Shown here piece after piece: positions 24,870 through 36,925 of a stretch of DNA of 64,000 bases. Origin of the DNA: Selaginella moellendorffii (taxonomy: Eukaryota; Plantae; Lycopodiophyta); assembly GCF_000143415.4 (NCBI RefSeq), contig NW_003314267.1:3903201-3967200 (forward strand), written 5' to 3'. The position numbers and the translations under genes are program-made. Within the stretch, counting starts at the first letter, position 1, and each line of letters starts with the position of its first letter. The notes beneath the pieces are model-generated. The model made no database searches. It saw only the letters and a list, made by a program, of their open reading frames with translations, and had not been told where the DNA came from.

Positions 24870-26368
24870 ATGGAGGAGGCGGTAGCAGCGTTGCGCGAGA
24901 AGGATGGCGAGGTATCGGCGGCTCTGCGTGCCGTGGTCGATGGCGCGCGATCCGACCACGGCAGGTCCTGCCTGGCGAAGCTCGGCGCCGTCCCCGCCTT
25001 GGTTTCTCGTTCTCGGGTACGTATCGACGACAATCTCCTCCTGCCGCTCCTGCGCGCTCTTCGCAATCTCTGTGCCGGCGAAGCCATGAACCAGGATTCA
25101 TTTCTCGCCGAGCAAGGGATGGATCTGGCAGTAGCACTGGCATCCAGATTCCAGAAGCGCTTATGTTCTCTTCGCGAGGAGGATCTGGAAGAAGAGGATG
25201 GGAAGTTCTGGCTGGATTGCGCAAAGGCGTTGTTCCAGATGCTCGGGAATGTGGCCGGGCGTGGAGAGCAGGCACAGGATTCCATCTGGAAGGCATTCTT
25301 TCCAGAGATTTTGCTCGACTTGGCGTGCGTCTCCACGAAAGAGGTGCTCGAGCCGCTGAGCATGGTGGTCTACACATGCTCTAGAGCGAGCCCCGAGCGC
25401 CGCCTCCAGCTTGCTCGAGGGAAAGGGAGTCGTCTCTTGGCCATCCTTCTCAGGGATTCTCCAAGCTCTGGTACGTGGAATTCTTCTCTACTCGATCGAT
25501 CACTTGTATCGTGCATTGTTCTTGTGTAGAGTGGCTAAGCTTGCTCGTGGAAGCGGTGTGCCTCAAAGACGAACACCTCCCACTGGTGTTTGCAAGCCTC
25601 GGACCTTCTTCTACGTCGGCTTTCTCGTCCGAGCAGGCCATCCTTCTCGGTGTTTTATACTCCGTCTTGGATGAGAACCAGGGGGCTGTCGCTGCCATGC
25701 CATGGAAGTCGATGGAGTTTCTGGCGGACACCATTGAGCAGTCGGCAATGCTCGTGGCTGCCACGTTTATGGACAAAGCGTTGCCTTGGCCTACAGGGTT
25801 TCCAATCGCCGACGTCCTCGGATTCAGTCTGTTGCTCACGAGACTCGCCACTACACATGACGACGTCCAGCTCGACGAAGCCAGAGTTGGTCCTTTGGTT
25901 GGATTGCTGCTGGAGATGTTACGGGCGCTTGGACCTCCAGAGATGGTGAGGAAAGCTGCCGGAAGTGCATCAACGTCTCCACCGTGCGAAGAAGAGCAGG
26001 CTGCTACAATGCCAACACGGCTTCCAGTGCACAACGTCTACAAAGGCTACCGACGTGACATAGTGTCCGTGATCGCAAACATGTCGTTTCATCGGCCCCG
26101 TGTCCAAGACCGAGTTCGAGAGGACGGAGGCTTGCTCTTAGTTCTCCAGCAGTGCGTGGTTGATGAAGACAATCCTTATCTCAGGGAATGGGGTCTATGG
26201 GCCATCAGGAATCTTACAGAAGGGAACGAACGAAACGTACAGGAGCTCGCAAACCTCGAGATCAAAAAGGCTGTCAACGTTCTGGATGGTCTCAAGGTGG
26301 AAGTCGACGAGTTAACGAAGCGGCCAAAGCTCGTGAACGATTCGACCTCCGGGGACAATAGACCATAG
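24870..26368 (+). CDS. Ataxin-10-like ARM-repeat protein, 479 aa (exons 24870-25470, 25530-26368)
   Basis: LRALRNLCAGE and the C-terminal ataxin-10 domain YKGYRRDIVSVIANM..LQQCVVDEDNPYLREWGLWAIRNL. 59-nt GT-AG intron. Confidence 0.9.
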
Positions 26369-26775
26369 CTACGAGGTAAAGATTATCGAGGCAAGTACCT
26401 TCTCTCGCACAATTGTTTTCAAGTTCTCCATCATTCTAGTCCTTATCGTGGATTCTTCTCTCAATCCACTCTTTGTGCGTTTCGATCGACTGCGAGATTG
26501 CTGCGAGCGAGCGAGCGGGCATGGAGATCGAGAGCTGTCCTCCATTCCATTGCAGTAGTCCATCCCCATCCAAACGGGATCTGTAGCAAGAGCAGTAAGA
26601 ATTTCATCAGTATCAAAGAGCAGTTCAAGCTGTAGGAGAATAGTGAGGTAACGACTACGTACCACAGAAAAAATAACCCTTGCAGCAGACACTGAAGGAT
26701 GGATAAGCAATCGATCCCATGCTCACCACAGTTGTCTCTTTGATCAAGTATGAATCCAGATGGTATTGCAGGCCC

Positions 26776-28184
26776 CTATTGAGACGCGGCTATGATCACA
26801 TCCTTGAGCTGTCGAAGATTTCTCTCCAGGCAAGTACCTGCCCTCACGATCTTTTTAAGTTCTTGAGCTCTGCTCCTCATCCTCCTCCCTTCCTCGCCGT
26901 TCATCACAGCATCTATAACGTTTCCCAAGTCTTCGCTTCTCACATCGTCTTTGGGTCCATGAGCCACCATTATCCCAATTCTCCACTTCTTCACTATCGT
27001 GAGAGCATTCAAGTTCTGATCGTTACCGCAGGGCCAGCAAAGCATTGGTACTCCACAGCACAGGGCTTCTAGAGCTGAGTTCCATCCACCGTGCATTAAG
27101 AAGGCTCCAACCGCGGAGTGGCGCAAGACGTTTACTTGTGGAGCCCATTCCACCACCAGGCAGGCTTGCGCCCCAACTATCTCTTGCAAGCTTTCATAAA
27201 AGTTCTCAGGTACGTCTTTTGCAAAGTTCCTCCTGATCGCCCACAAGACTGGCTGACGAGTGGCTTTTACAGCTCTTGCAATCTTCTCCACTTGGTCGGC
27301 TGGCAGAGTAACAACACTGCCAAAAGCGATATAGAGAACCGAGCGGTAAGCTTGTTTGTCTAGCCAGATCATGCTAGTGTCATTTGGAGAACTGAGAGTG
27401 ATCGGGTGCTGTTCTTGCAGAAGCTCCGCAGGTACCAGAGGTCCGACTGGTAAATAACTGGAGAATAGCAACCTCCGTCCATTCACAACTTCCTGATCCA
27501 ACTCCTCAATCGTGTTGACGACAATGCAAACCGCATCCTTTGTTCGTCTGGCTGCAACTCCCACAGTGGTCACAATGGGTCCCCCGTGCTGGAAGGCAAG
27601 AGGGAGCAACTCTCTTGTAAAAGGCTCGAGACCAGGGATGAAGTCGATCAAAGCGTCCGGATTTGGATCGGCTGAGACAACAACACATATTCGTCGATCG
27701 GTATGAAGCAATTGTAAAGTTTCTTCTTCTTCTCACCATTGGCAGGAACATGGCCAGGAATGAAACCCCTGGAGACAAGCTCTGGAATATGGTAGCACAT
27801 CGCTTCGATGACTGAGTCACTGGGAATGAAGGCAACTCGTGGAATCCCCAGGCTGTCGGCCACGTCCTGTGACCAGCCTAAGAACATATCAGCGATAAGG
27901 CACTTTACTGGTGGACGGAGGGCCTCTAGAACCGGTCTCACGTCCTCTTGCAACGCGGGATCCATGAGCAAAAGCTTGTCCGAGGCTGGGGTTGGCACCA
28001 CTTGGAAGTGAAGATCATCGTGCCGAAGGCTCGACTCCAGCTTGGGGCATAGATTGCTGGGATAGACGAAGCTTACCTGGAATCCTAGCGGGACGAGGCG
28101 GCGACAGAGCTCGAGCATGGGATTGATGTGGCCGGAGCCGGTGGTTGGGAGCACCGCTACGTGAAGGCGCTGCTCGTCCGCCAT
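26776..28184 (-). CDS. UDP-glycosyltransferase UGT-B4, intact, 447 aa (intron 27672-27736)
   Basis: Near-perfect inverted copy of UGT-B3. Exon-2 protein is identical, with two visible aa differences in exon 1. Confidence 0.93.
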
Positions 28185-28394
28185 AAGAGGATAGCTCTTC
28201 CAGAATATATTCCAGTATATGTTCTTTTTAGGACATTAAATAATTCTAGATGAGATGTTTAGAAATTTGGGCTTCTATTATTTTCCAATGTCACGAGGAA
28301 GAAATCCTTCCGATCACGAATGCAACATGGCATTCTTGGAAAGCCCCGAAGAAGCATTTTCAAGTTGAAGATTTTAAAAACTAATTTCCGTAGC

Positions 28395-29317
28395 TCACAT
28401 TTTGCGCATCTCCTGCACTTGAGGTGGCTGCTCGTACACCGCCCTCGCAAACTCGTACCCTGAAAAATCACCATCTTCAGAAATCAGGAAACAAAGATCA
28501 CCAAGGCCCCAGAAATCATACCCAGAGCCGGGTTGATGTTGCGGTTCCTGAGCTCCCTGTAAGCCTGGGCAATGGAGCAGCAGTTGCACCAGCAGTCGGT
28601 GCAGATGTCGTTGCAGGGCTCCTCGGGGAGTCCGTACTTGTGGCGCAGCTTTGCACGGTACAGGCAGCTGTAGAGGCAGCCACAGCCGGTGAACCACTGC
28701 ACGATGCAAAAGATGGCGGCTCCGGTGAAGACAGCTATCACATACAACATTGGATCACAAATCCAAGCAGAAAAGGAAAGAATCGTGAGCGGAACATCAA
28801 AAAAACTCAAAGTTGAATACTCACAGGTCATGCCTTGATCCAGAATGTTGGCCATGCGCCCAACAAGAACGCAGGGGCAGCACCACGCACACCAGCCTGT
28901 GGTTACACCAGATGGAGAGGATTGATCAAATAAATCTTAAGAAACGTCGGACGGATATCTCATCTATCTGGAAGTTTGCTACAAACCAGATCTAGGATCA
29001 AAGAACAGAAAGCAATTTTAAAGAGATCACTCAGTCAATCATCCAAGCTGCATCCAAGCTGCACAAAAAGAGCTCTTTTTCTCGAAAGAAAAAACCTTAC
29101 AAGAGGGGCAGTCCTCGGTGCATCCACAGAGGCCCGTTGTCCAGAGGCCAGAATTCGGGGGTGCCAAGGTTGCCACTCCGGGTCCATAGTAACTACCAGG
29201 CGGAGGCTGGGGATAAGCAGCAGGAGGGGCAACGGGATGGCCTTCGCTGGTGAATCCTTGCTGCTGCCCTTGATGCTGTTGCGTTGGATGGCCTTGTGGG
29301 GTGTAAGTGTAGGCCAT
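28395..29317 (-). CDS. PLAC8/PCR family protein, copy 4, intact
   Basis: Four exons with splice sites. Retains IVQWFT and PQPPPGSYYGP. Confidence 0.87.
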
Positions 29318-30229
29318 GGTGGTGTTGCTCTTGATCAGGAGCGACCGATCTTAACATTCGAGGGTTTTTTTGCAAGGGCGACATTTTCAAAGCAAGGACG
29401 CCGCACGCCGCACGTCGCACGTCGCACGTCGCGTTTGCTCTTAGGAACTTGCCTCTAGCCCGCGAGACCATAACTTCGTGGTTGCATAATATGCTTCTCA
29501 GGCCTCATTGCTCTTGCCGGGGACAATACCTCCTTACAAGCTGGGATCTTTGGCTATGCACACCATCTAGTGTTGTTAATGGTGTCGTTTACAAGCTTGT
29601 CCTTCTCTTTCACTGATCCTGAGCCAACCCTCGAGGTCTTCTACATCCCAGCATCGATCCCAAGACTGCCTTTGGGTTGACTCGTAAACTTGGTAGCTAT
29701 TGGACAAACGTGAAAGAAAACTTGAGGAAAAGACAGTGTCCAAAATAGCTGTTTTGTGATCTGATCTTGTGAACGATGGAACTAATTGCGACTGTTCCAC
29801 GTGTCACCAGCCCGACATCTCGACCTGGAACCTGCGAAAGACTGCTAAGGCACGGCTGTCAAACTCACTCTTAGATACTCACAGGGCCACTGGATTTCCC
29901 CAGCTGGCCGCAAGAACCACAAGAAACCACATGGCCACCATCAATTGATACCATTTGTAAACTTTTCACATCTTGGCTGCTTGTAGCAAAAAACGCTTTA
30001 AGGGTAAACAAAAACTTTGTCACGTATTCAGAACAAATGTCACAAAAAACTAAGAAGACAAGAGGAAGTAGTCTCCTCGGGAAAGGCTCAAGGCCGGGAA
30101 TGAAGTCGATCAAAGTTTGATGGTCAGGGTTGCATGAAAGAGAGGAAAGAACGCACAGAGGTATGCCTCCTTTCTTTTCAAACTTTTGTTCTTACCACTG
30201 CGGGAGCTCTGGGATATCATTTGGCGGGC

Positions 30230-30373
30230 TTGGAGAGAATGGCGATCCCGGCGTGGGCGTCGGTGTCCCCGGGCTTTGTTTTGGAGAGAATGGCGATCCC
30301 GGCGTGGGCGTCGGTGTCCCCGGGCTTTGTTTTGGAGAGAATGGCGATCCCGGCGTGGGCGTCGGTGTCCCCG
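30230..30373 (+). repeat. Triple 51-bp tandem repeat covering the start codon of an IGPS-like pseudogene
   Basis: ttggagagaatggcgatcccggcgtgggcgtcggtgtccccgg(gctttgtt) x3. Confidence 0.92.
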
Positions 30374-31240
30374 GAGGAGCAGCAGCACCATCGGCGCCTC
30401 ACCTTGCTGCTGCGCAGCAAGCAGAGGGTCCTGAAGGCGCCCCTGGCCGCCATGGATGAGCAGGAGCGGCAGCTTCAGTCGCGGCTGGAGGGACTCCAGA
30501 GAATGCCGCCACCCCAGCACCGGCTGCTGCAGAAGATCGTCCGCACGGCAATCGTGGCCGAGGTCGCGCGGGCCTCTCCGGCGGAGAAGCCAGAGGGCGT
30601 TCGGCAAAGGAGCCACGACTATGTTAAAATGGGTATGGTTTTTTCCTTCGCTCTTTCTCTTTGCGATGTAGTGTTTGAGCTGACGCTATCTCGGTTTGCA
30701 CTGACGAAGAAGTGTCGCCAGATGGAGTTTGGATCTAGAAGCTGTTTCTAAAGGTAACGATTCTTCTTTCTTTCTTATCATGTTCTGACATTGGCAAAAT
30801 TTCCTTGAAGTAATTCCTCGGATGTGCAGCGGTGGAGCCGCCAATTCTTCACAAAGATTGGATCATTCATCCGATACAGGTAGCCAATCCACAATTGTGT
30901 ATCGAACACAAAGCTTTGTGTTGCGTAGATAATCGACACTCGGGATCCGGTACTGCTGCTCTTAGGGCCGTCTACTCAGTTCTTTCCAAAGGAACATGTG
31001 TTTCCGCAAGCTCTGTGAAAGCAATCAATCAAACTCTTCGATTTGCAGGAATGCCATCCTTTCTATGCAACATATAGTGACAGCCGGACTTAAACCAGTT
31101 GTGGAGGTGAGCTTTGGGATTCTTTCTCTGAAACCAAATTAAATCTAGGTTCGTCAATCCCAAGGAGTTCAAAGAACTCTCCACTCTCGACAGTCTTCAG
31201 TTTCAACATTTTAGGTGGAGTTGCAGTATGTTGATTGTCG
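30239..31240 (+). pseudogene. IGPS-like pseudogene copy (exons 1-6 only)
   Basis: Homologous to 48822-49790. Acceptor 1 and donor 4 are lost, there is an in-frame stop, and the 3' end is replaced by a PPDK fragment. Confidence 0.85.
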
Positions 31241-31270
31241 TAAATTTCACTCTTTTCCTCAGTAACAAAC

Positions 31271-31299
<29 letters not shown>

Positions 31300-31302
<3 letters not shown>

Positions 31303-31500
31303 CATTCCTTGCTTTTTTGCCTCGCTCGGTCGCAATGCTGACAAGCTGGCCGACTCCTCTCTGGTCGAGAACCTGAGATCAGTCTCATGAAACTAGAATG
31401 GATATGTAAAATGCCTTGCATAGACAGACACGTTGTCCTGGCGATATGTAAACGTCATTTGCGTCAAGTAGTTGGTCCCGAAAGAGAAGAACTCCGCGAT
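31300..31500 (-). pseudogene. PPDK 3' fragment (also at 43235-43410)
   Basis: Matches 50480-50730 ([25 protein letters not shown]). Confidence 0.8.
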
Positions 31501-31674
31501 CTATCAAAGAATCCTCAAGAAAGATTACGTGTGGAATACAGACTCCTAAGAACTCTTTTTATAGGGATGTCAATTTGCACGAAGAACTTTGACTTGGTCA
31601 GCGGTTTATAAGGTGATGAGCTTTTCCAGAAAAGAAGAACGATGAAAAGACTGACACAAGGTACTAGTATTGTA

Positions 31675-31930
31675 TGGAAACCTGTGCCTGCTCTCCACGC
31701 AATCCAGCCACTACTGCATAAGCGCTTCTGAGTGCTACTGCTCGGCAAGGAACGAATCCTGGTTCATCGCAGAAATTGCGAACAGCGCGCAGGAACTCGA
31801 TACGTACCCGAGAACGCGAAAACAAGGCGACGGCGCCGAGCCTTGCCAGGGAGGACCTTCCGTGGCCGGATCGAGCGCCATCACCCAAGGCACGCAGGGC
31901 CGCCATCCTCTTGGCGCAACACGCCTTCTA
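31675..31930 (-). pseudogene. Ataxin-10-like 5' fragment (also + at 35950-36200 and 41760-41870, - at 43615-43850)
   Basis: AALRALGDGARSGHGRSSLARLGAV..LRAVRN matches 24890-25100, with deletions. Confidence 0.8.
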
Positions 31931-32201
31931 TGGAATCGTACAAGTCGTGTTAAACACCAGTCGCTCGATCTCTTCTGATATATTGCATCAGTGGTAAGGA
32001 GAAGGAAAGATCTTGGAAACGTTTTCATTGCTTCATACCTTTGTGTTCTTCGCTTTCATATCGGCGTTGAGCCTTTTTGATTTGGAGTAGCACCGAGGAG
32101 CTAAGGCCTCCTTTGGTCCTGGAAGAGAAGACTCGATGAGAAGCAAAAGCTCAGACAAACTGTGACACAAAGGTACCTGCTTGGAGTTCCTTTCTCAGTC
32201 G

Positions 32202-32677
32202 TCAAACTATTGGAATTATATATCCTGCAAAACAGCTTGCCAAAGAACAACCGTTTTCACAGAATGGAGCTAGAATTGAACGGTTGATGAACGGTTGATT
32301 TGCAGCAGATCTCTGAGCTTCACGAGAATTTCTAGTTGACGAACCTAGAATGGTACCTACAGTTCGCAGTGTCAAAGTAGCAACATGAGCACTGCTCGGG
32401 ATTTGGACGACGGTTCCTGCGTTGCTTTGGGGACTCGTTTCTTCGATTTTTCTCTGTAGAAGTTTCTCTAGAAATGTGAAGTAAAACTGAAGAGAGTACC
32501 TGCAAAGCCGAGGGCTTTGACATGGAATGGCCCAACCTTGAACTCCCTCCACATCCAGCACGTCATCACCAAAGCAATGGCCATCATACCCATCCCACCA
32601 AAGACTACTCCAGAGATGACCATCAAAGCCAGTAGAGCGCCAAGAACATGCAGCGGCTCAAGCTCTTCCCTTGGCAT
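32202..32677 (-). CDS. Orphan small membrane protein (putative 32-nt intron 32468-32499)
   Basis: Hydrophobic LGALLALMVISGVVFGGMGMMAIALVMTCWMW. Multiple paralogs in the window. Confidence 0.45.
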
Positions 32678-33192
32678 CTCCCTCGATGGCTGCTTCGATC
32701 GAGCCTCCAGCTTTGGCAATCTAAAAGCCCTAGGTAGTATAAATGAACCGCTTAGATTTGAATTTGTACCTTTGGTGGCGGCGTTCCTTTCTCCGCTTGT
32801 TGTCAAACAAATGCCGCTTCCACCCTGGGAATCAAGGCTCTGGAAAGAACCGAGATTAAAAAGTAGAATTTACAGCTTCGTTCGTGTTCCGGAGATTATG
32901 ATCGAAATTTCGCAAAAAATGTCCAAGAATCCTCGAGAATCTGAAGAAAGAAAAAAAATTATCAGGAAATCATCAAGGAAGAAACCCTTCGTCGCCATCA
33001 TCATCATCACATTCCACCATCGCTCACACTCTCTCGTCTCTATTGTGCTCTATAGTTGCTGCTCTCTCTCTCGCATCGCTCACTCTCTCGTCTCTATCGC
33101 GCGCTCCATAATCGCCGCTCTCTCTTTGCCAACCTAAGAGGGGCGAGACGTTGCTTGAATGTAGCATACTTACGTATATTCTAGTATGTGGC

Positions 33193-35143
33193 ATGGAAAC
33201 GCAAGTCCTGGGCACCAGGAATCTCCATGAAGCCCTCGATCGCCTTGCGCAGTCCAACGCCGCGCTGGTTCCGGCGTCCTATGGTGCTCTTCTCAAAGAA
33301 TGCGGCAATGCCAGGGAGCTGGCGCTGGGCAAGCTCGTCCACTCTCACATCGCCAAGCACGGATCATCCGACAGAGACACATTCCTGGGGAATTTCTTGG
33401 TTCACATGTATGGGCGGTGTGGAAGCATCGACGACGCGCGCAGGGTCTTTGATAGAATCCGGCTGCGCAACGTCTTCTCTAGCAACATCATGATCGCGGC
33501 ATTTGCCGAGAATGGGGATCTTGCTAGCGCGAAGAACTTGTTCGATCGATCGACCGTGAAGAACACCGTGACATGGAACGCAATGATCAATGCGTACGTG
33601 GGCGCTGGCGCGATGGAAGAAGCTAAAGATCTGTTCAAGGCGATGCCAGTGAGAGACGTCGTTTCGTGGAGCGCGATGATCAAAGCAAATGCCGGGAGAG
33701 GGGATTTGGAGATGGCGATTCTTCTGTTCAAGCTCATGGATCTAGATGGAGTGCGGCCGAATCGCGTGACATTCATGTGTGTGCTCGAAGTGTGCGCTGA
33801 TCTAGAGGCAATCACGCTGGGGATCACGATCCACGAGCTCATCCGGGAGGCAGGGCTGGAATCCGAGACGAAGATCGCGAACACGCTCATCCACATGTAT
33901 GGGAGCTGCGGGAACATCCAGAAAGCCAGCGAGATCTTCGAATCGATGCCACACAAATCCACAGTCTCGTGGAATTCCATCGTCTCGGCCTATGCCTGGA
34001 GTGGAGATCTCGATCAAGCCAAGCGCCTGTTCGATCGGATGCCCCAGCGCGACGTGGTGTCGTGGAATTCGATGCTCGTGGCGTATTCCCAGAACGGGCA
34101 TGGCGATCGAGCTCTGGAGCTTTTCTTGGCGATGGATCCCTCGCTGCAAAACGAGGTCACGTTCGTAATCGCGGCGGATGCCTGCGCGAGCCAGGCAGCG
34201 CTGGAAGAGGGCATCGCGATCCACTCGCGAGCATCGGCTCGGGGATTCGATGCCGACATCCGCGTCGCGAATGCGCTGCTCAATCTCTACGCGAAATGCG
34301 GCACGATCGATCGCGCGAAAGATCTCTTCGAGAGGATGATCGAGAGGGACGCTGTCTCGTGGACTGCGATGACCACAGCGTTTAGCCAGAGCGGGCAAGC
34401 ATCAGAGGCACTGCTGATGATCCAGGCGATGGATCTCGAGGGTGTGAAGCTGGATGGATTCACCTACGTGACGGCGCTGGACGCGTGTGCGATCATCACT
34501 CCCCCGGCGGTGGGCGAGGGGCGATCGATCCGATCGAGGCCGTGTTCTACGGCTATGGCGGCGACACCCTTGTGGCCAAAGCGCTCGTCACGCTCCTGGG
34601 CAAATCCGGGAGCGTGGAGGGCGCCAAGAGCGCCTTCGATCGAATTCGCTCCAAGGACGCCGTGTCGCTCAACAGCATGATCGCGATCGATCCGGCGAGG
34701 CGGCGGTGGAGGCGCTGCGATCCATGGCGGCGGAGGGCGTGAGCCCCGATTCCATAACATTCATGAGCGCGCTCTCGGCGTGTAGCCACTCGGGACTGCT
34801 GGATCTGGCCTGGGAGCTCTTCCCGTGCATCGCTGGAGACTATGGGATCGCTCCAGCGATGGATCACTACGTGAGCTTGCTGGATCTGCTGGCTAGAGCT
34901 GGGAGGATTGACGAGGCCGCGGATTTGATCGCCCATATGCCATTTGAGCCGCCGGCGCTGGCGTGGACGATACTGCTGGGCGCCTACAATGCGATGGGGC
35001 AGCAGGGATCCAATGCCGTGGAGCGATCGATGGAGCTAGAGCCCGAGAACTCGGCACACTATGTCCTTCTCTCCAATCTCAGGAGCCCTAAAAACAGGGG
35101 TAGGGTTTTATTTAAAGTTTGGCATGTACAAATTCAAATCTAA
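33193..35143 (+). pseudogene. PLS-class PPR protein with E domain, copy 1, frameshifted
   Basis: Repeated DVVSWNSM..AY / ANALL..Y..CG motifs and E domain LDLLARAG..MPFEP..W..ELEPENSAHYVLLSN. 1-bp deletion at about 34538 and 13-bp deletion at about 34688. Confidence 0.88.
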
Positions 35144-35222
35144 GCCGTTCGTTTACTACCTAGGGTTTCTAGACGCTGGAAGGAGCATCGACGAAAGCCG
35201 CCGCCATTTGCCATCGAGGACG

Positions 35223-35662
35223 ATGCCAAGGGAAGAGCTTGAGCCACTGCATGTTCTTGCTGCTCTACTGGCTTTGATGGTCATCTTTGGAGTAGTCTTT
35301 GGCCATTGCTTTGGTGACGGCTGTGATCATCCCCTGCTGGATGTGGAAGGAGTTCAAGGTTGGGCCATTCCATGTCAAAGCCCTCGGCTTTGCAGGTACT
35401 CTCTCAGTTTTACTTCACATTTCTAGAGAAACTTCTACAGAGCAAAATCGAAGAAACGAGCCCCCAAAGGAACGCAGGACCCGTCGTCCAGATCCAGAGC
35501 AGTGCTCATGTTGCTACTTTGACACTGCGAACTGTAGGTACCATTCTAGATTCGTCAACTAGAAATTCTTGTGAAGCTCAGAGATCTGCTACAACCGTTC
35601 AATTCTACCTCCATTCTGTGAAAACTGCCATTCTTTGGCAAGCTGTTTTGCAGGATATATAA
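35223..35662 (+). pseudogene. Orphan membrane-protein gene copy with frameshifting deletion
   Basis: Paralog of 41013-41469 lacking the GVGTM-coding segment. Confidence 0.5.
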
Positions 35663-36213
35663 TTCCAATAGTTTGACGACTGAGAAAGGAACTCCAAGCA
35701 GGTACCTTTGTGTCACAGTTTGTATGAGCTTTTGCTTCTCATGGAGTCTTCTCTTCCAGGACCAAAGGAGGACTTAGCTCCTCGGTGCTACTCCAAATAA
35801 AAAAGGCTCAACGCCGATATGAAAGTGAAGAACAAAGGCATGAAGCAATGAAAACGTTTCCAAGATCTTTCCTTCTCCTTACCACTGATGCAATATATCA
35901 GAAGAGATCGAGCGACTGGTGTTTAACACGACTTGTGCGATTCCATAGAAGGCGCGTTGCGCCAAGAGGATGGCGGCCCTGCGTGCCTTGGGTGATGGCG
36001 CTTGATCCGGCCACGGAAGGTCCTCCCTGGCAAGGCTCAGTGCCGTCGCATTGCTTTCGCGTTCTCAGGTACTTATCGAGTTCCTGCGCGCTGTTCGCAA
36101 TTTCTGCGATGAACCAGGATTTGTTCCTTGCCGAGCAGTAGCACTCAGAAGCGCTTATGCAGCAGTGGTGGAGAGCAGGCACAGGTTTCCATCTGGAAGT
36201 CGGATCACAATAC

Positions 36214-36333
36214 TGTTAGAACTAAGCTGAACATGCACAGAACCAGGGCAGGTAGCTCACTGGTAAAGCACCTGGCGCCGGTGTAGGAGGTCCTGGGTTC
36301 AATCCCCGGCCTATCCAGATCCATTTTCCAACA
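36214..36333 (+). mobile_element. 120-bp solo LTR-like insertion carrying a tRNA-like sequence (Helenus-type TRIM LTR)
   Basis: Termini TGTT...AACA. 5-bp TSD AATAC (36209-36213, 36334-36338). Empty site present in the paralog at about 43594-43625 (minus). tRNA-like cloverleaf at 36246-36317 with A box, B box GGTTCAATCC and a downstream TTTT. Confidence 0.8.
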
Positions 36334-36339
36334 AATACT

Positions 36340-36925
36340 GGAGTCAAGTTCGGCTGTTGCTCTACGTAGCATAGAGGCGTTCAGGCAAATCGAAGAGATT
36401 GGCTTTCACAGAGCTTGCGGAAACACACGGATCTTTGGAAAGAACTGAGTAGATGGCCGTAAGAGCAGCAGCACCGGATTATCTACGCAACACAAAGCTT
36501 TGTGTTCGATACACAATTGTGGATTGGCTACCTATATCGGATGAATGATCCAATTTTTGCGAAGAACTGGCAGGAATTACTTTGCACAAACTTGAGAAAC
36601 TTTGCCAACATGATAAGAAAGAAAGAAGAATTGCTACCTTTAGAAACAACTTCTAGATCCAAACTCCATCTGGCGATTCTTTGTCGGTTCAAACCAAGAT
36701 AGCGTCAGCTCAAACACTCGAAAGAGCGAAGGAAAAAACCGTACCCCATTTAACATAGTCCTGGCTCCTTTTGGCTTCTCCACGGGAGAAGCCCGCGCGA
36801 CCTCGGCCACAATCGCCGTGCGGACGAGCAGCCGGTGCTGGGGTGGAGCCCCTGCAGACGCAACTGGAGCTGCCGCTCCTGCTCATCCATGGCGGCCAGG
36901 GGTGCCTTCAGGACCCTCTGCTTGC
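36340..36925 (-). pseudogene. IGPS-like pseudogene fragment (inverted)
   Basis: Reverse complement of 48910-49620, with deletions. Confidence 0.8.

Larger units (their letters stand above)
20500..29340. repeat. Large inverted repeat: arms ~20500-23560 and ~26090-29340
   Basis: UGT-B3/B4 coordinates sum to 49963 throughout. PLAC8 and the ataxin-10 3' end are also mirrored. Confidence 0.92.

Noticed and set aside
30230-30373. CRISPR-like array (also 41788-42201)
   Set aside because: Plain tandem repeats with no unique spacers, in a eukaryotic context.
36246-36317. Functional tRNA gene (apparent CCG anticodon)
   Set aside because: Mismatches in the acceptor, D and anticodon stems and no U33. 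It lies inside a TSD-flanked insertion.
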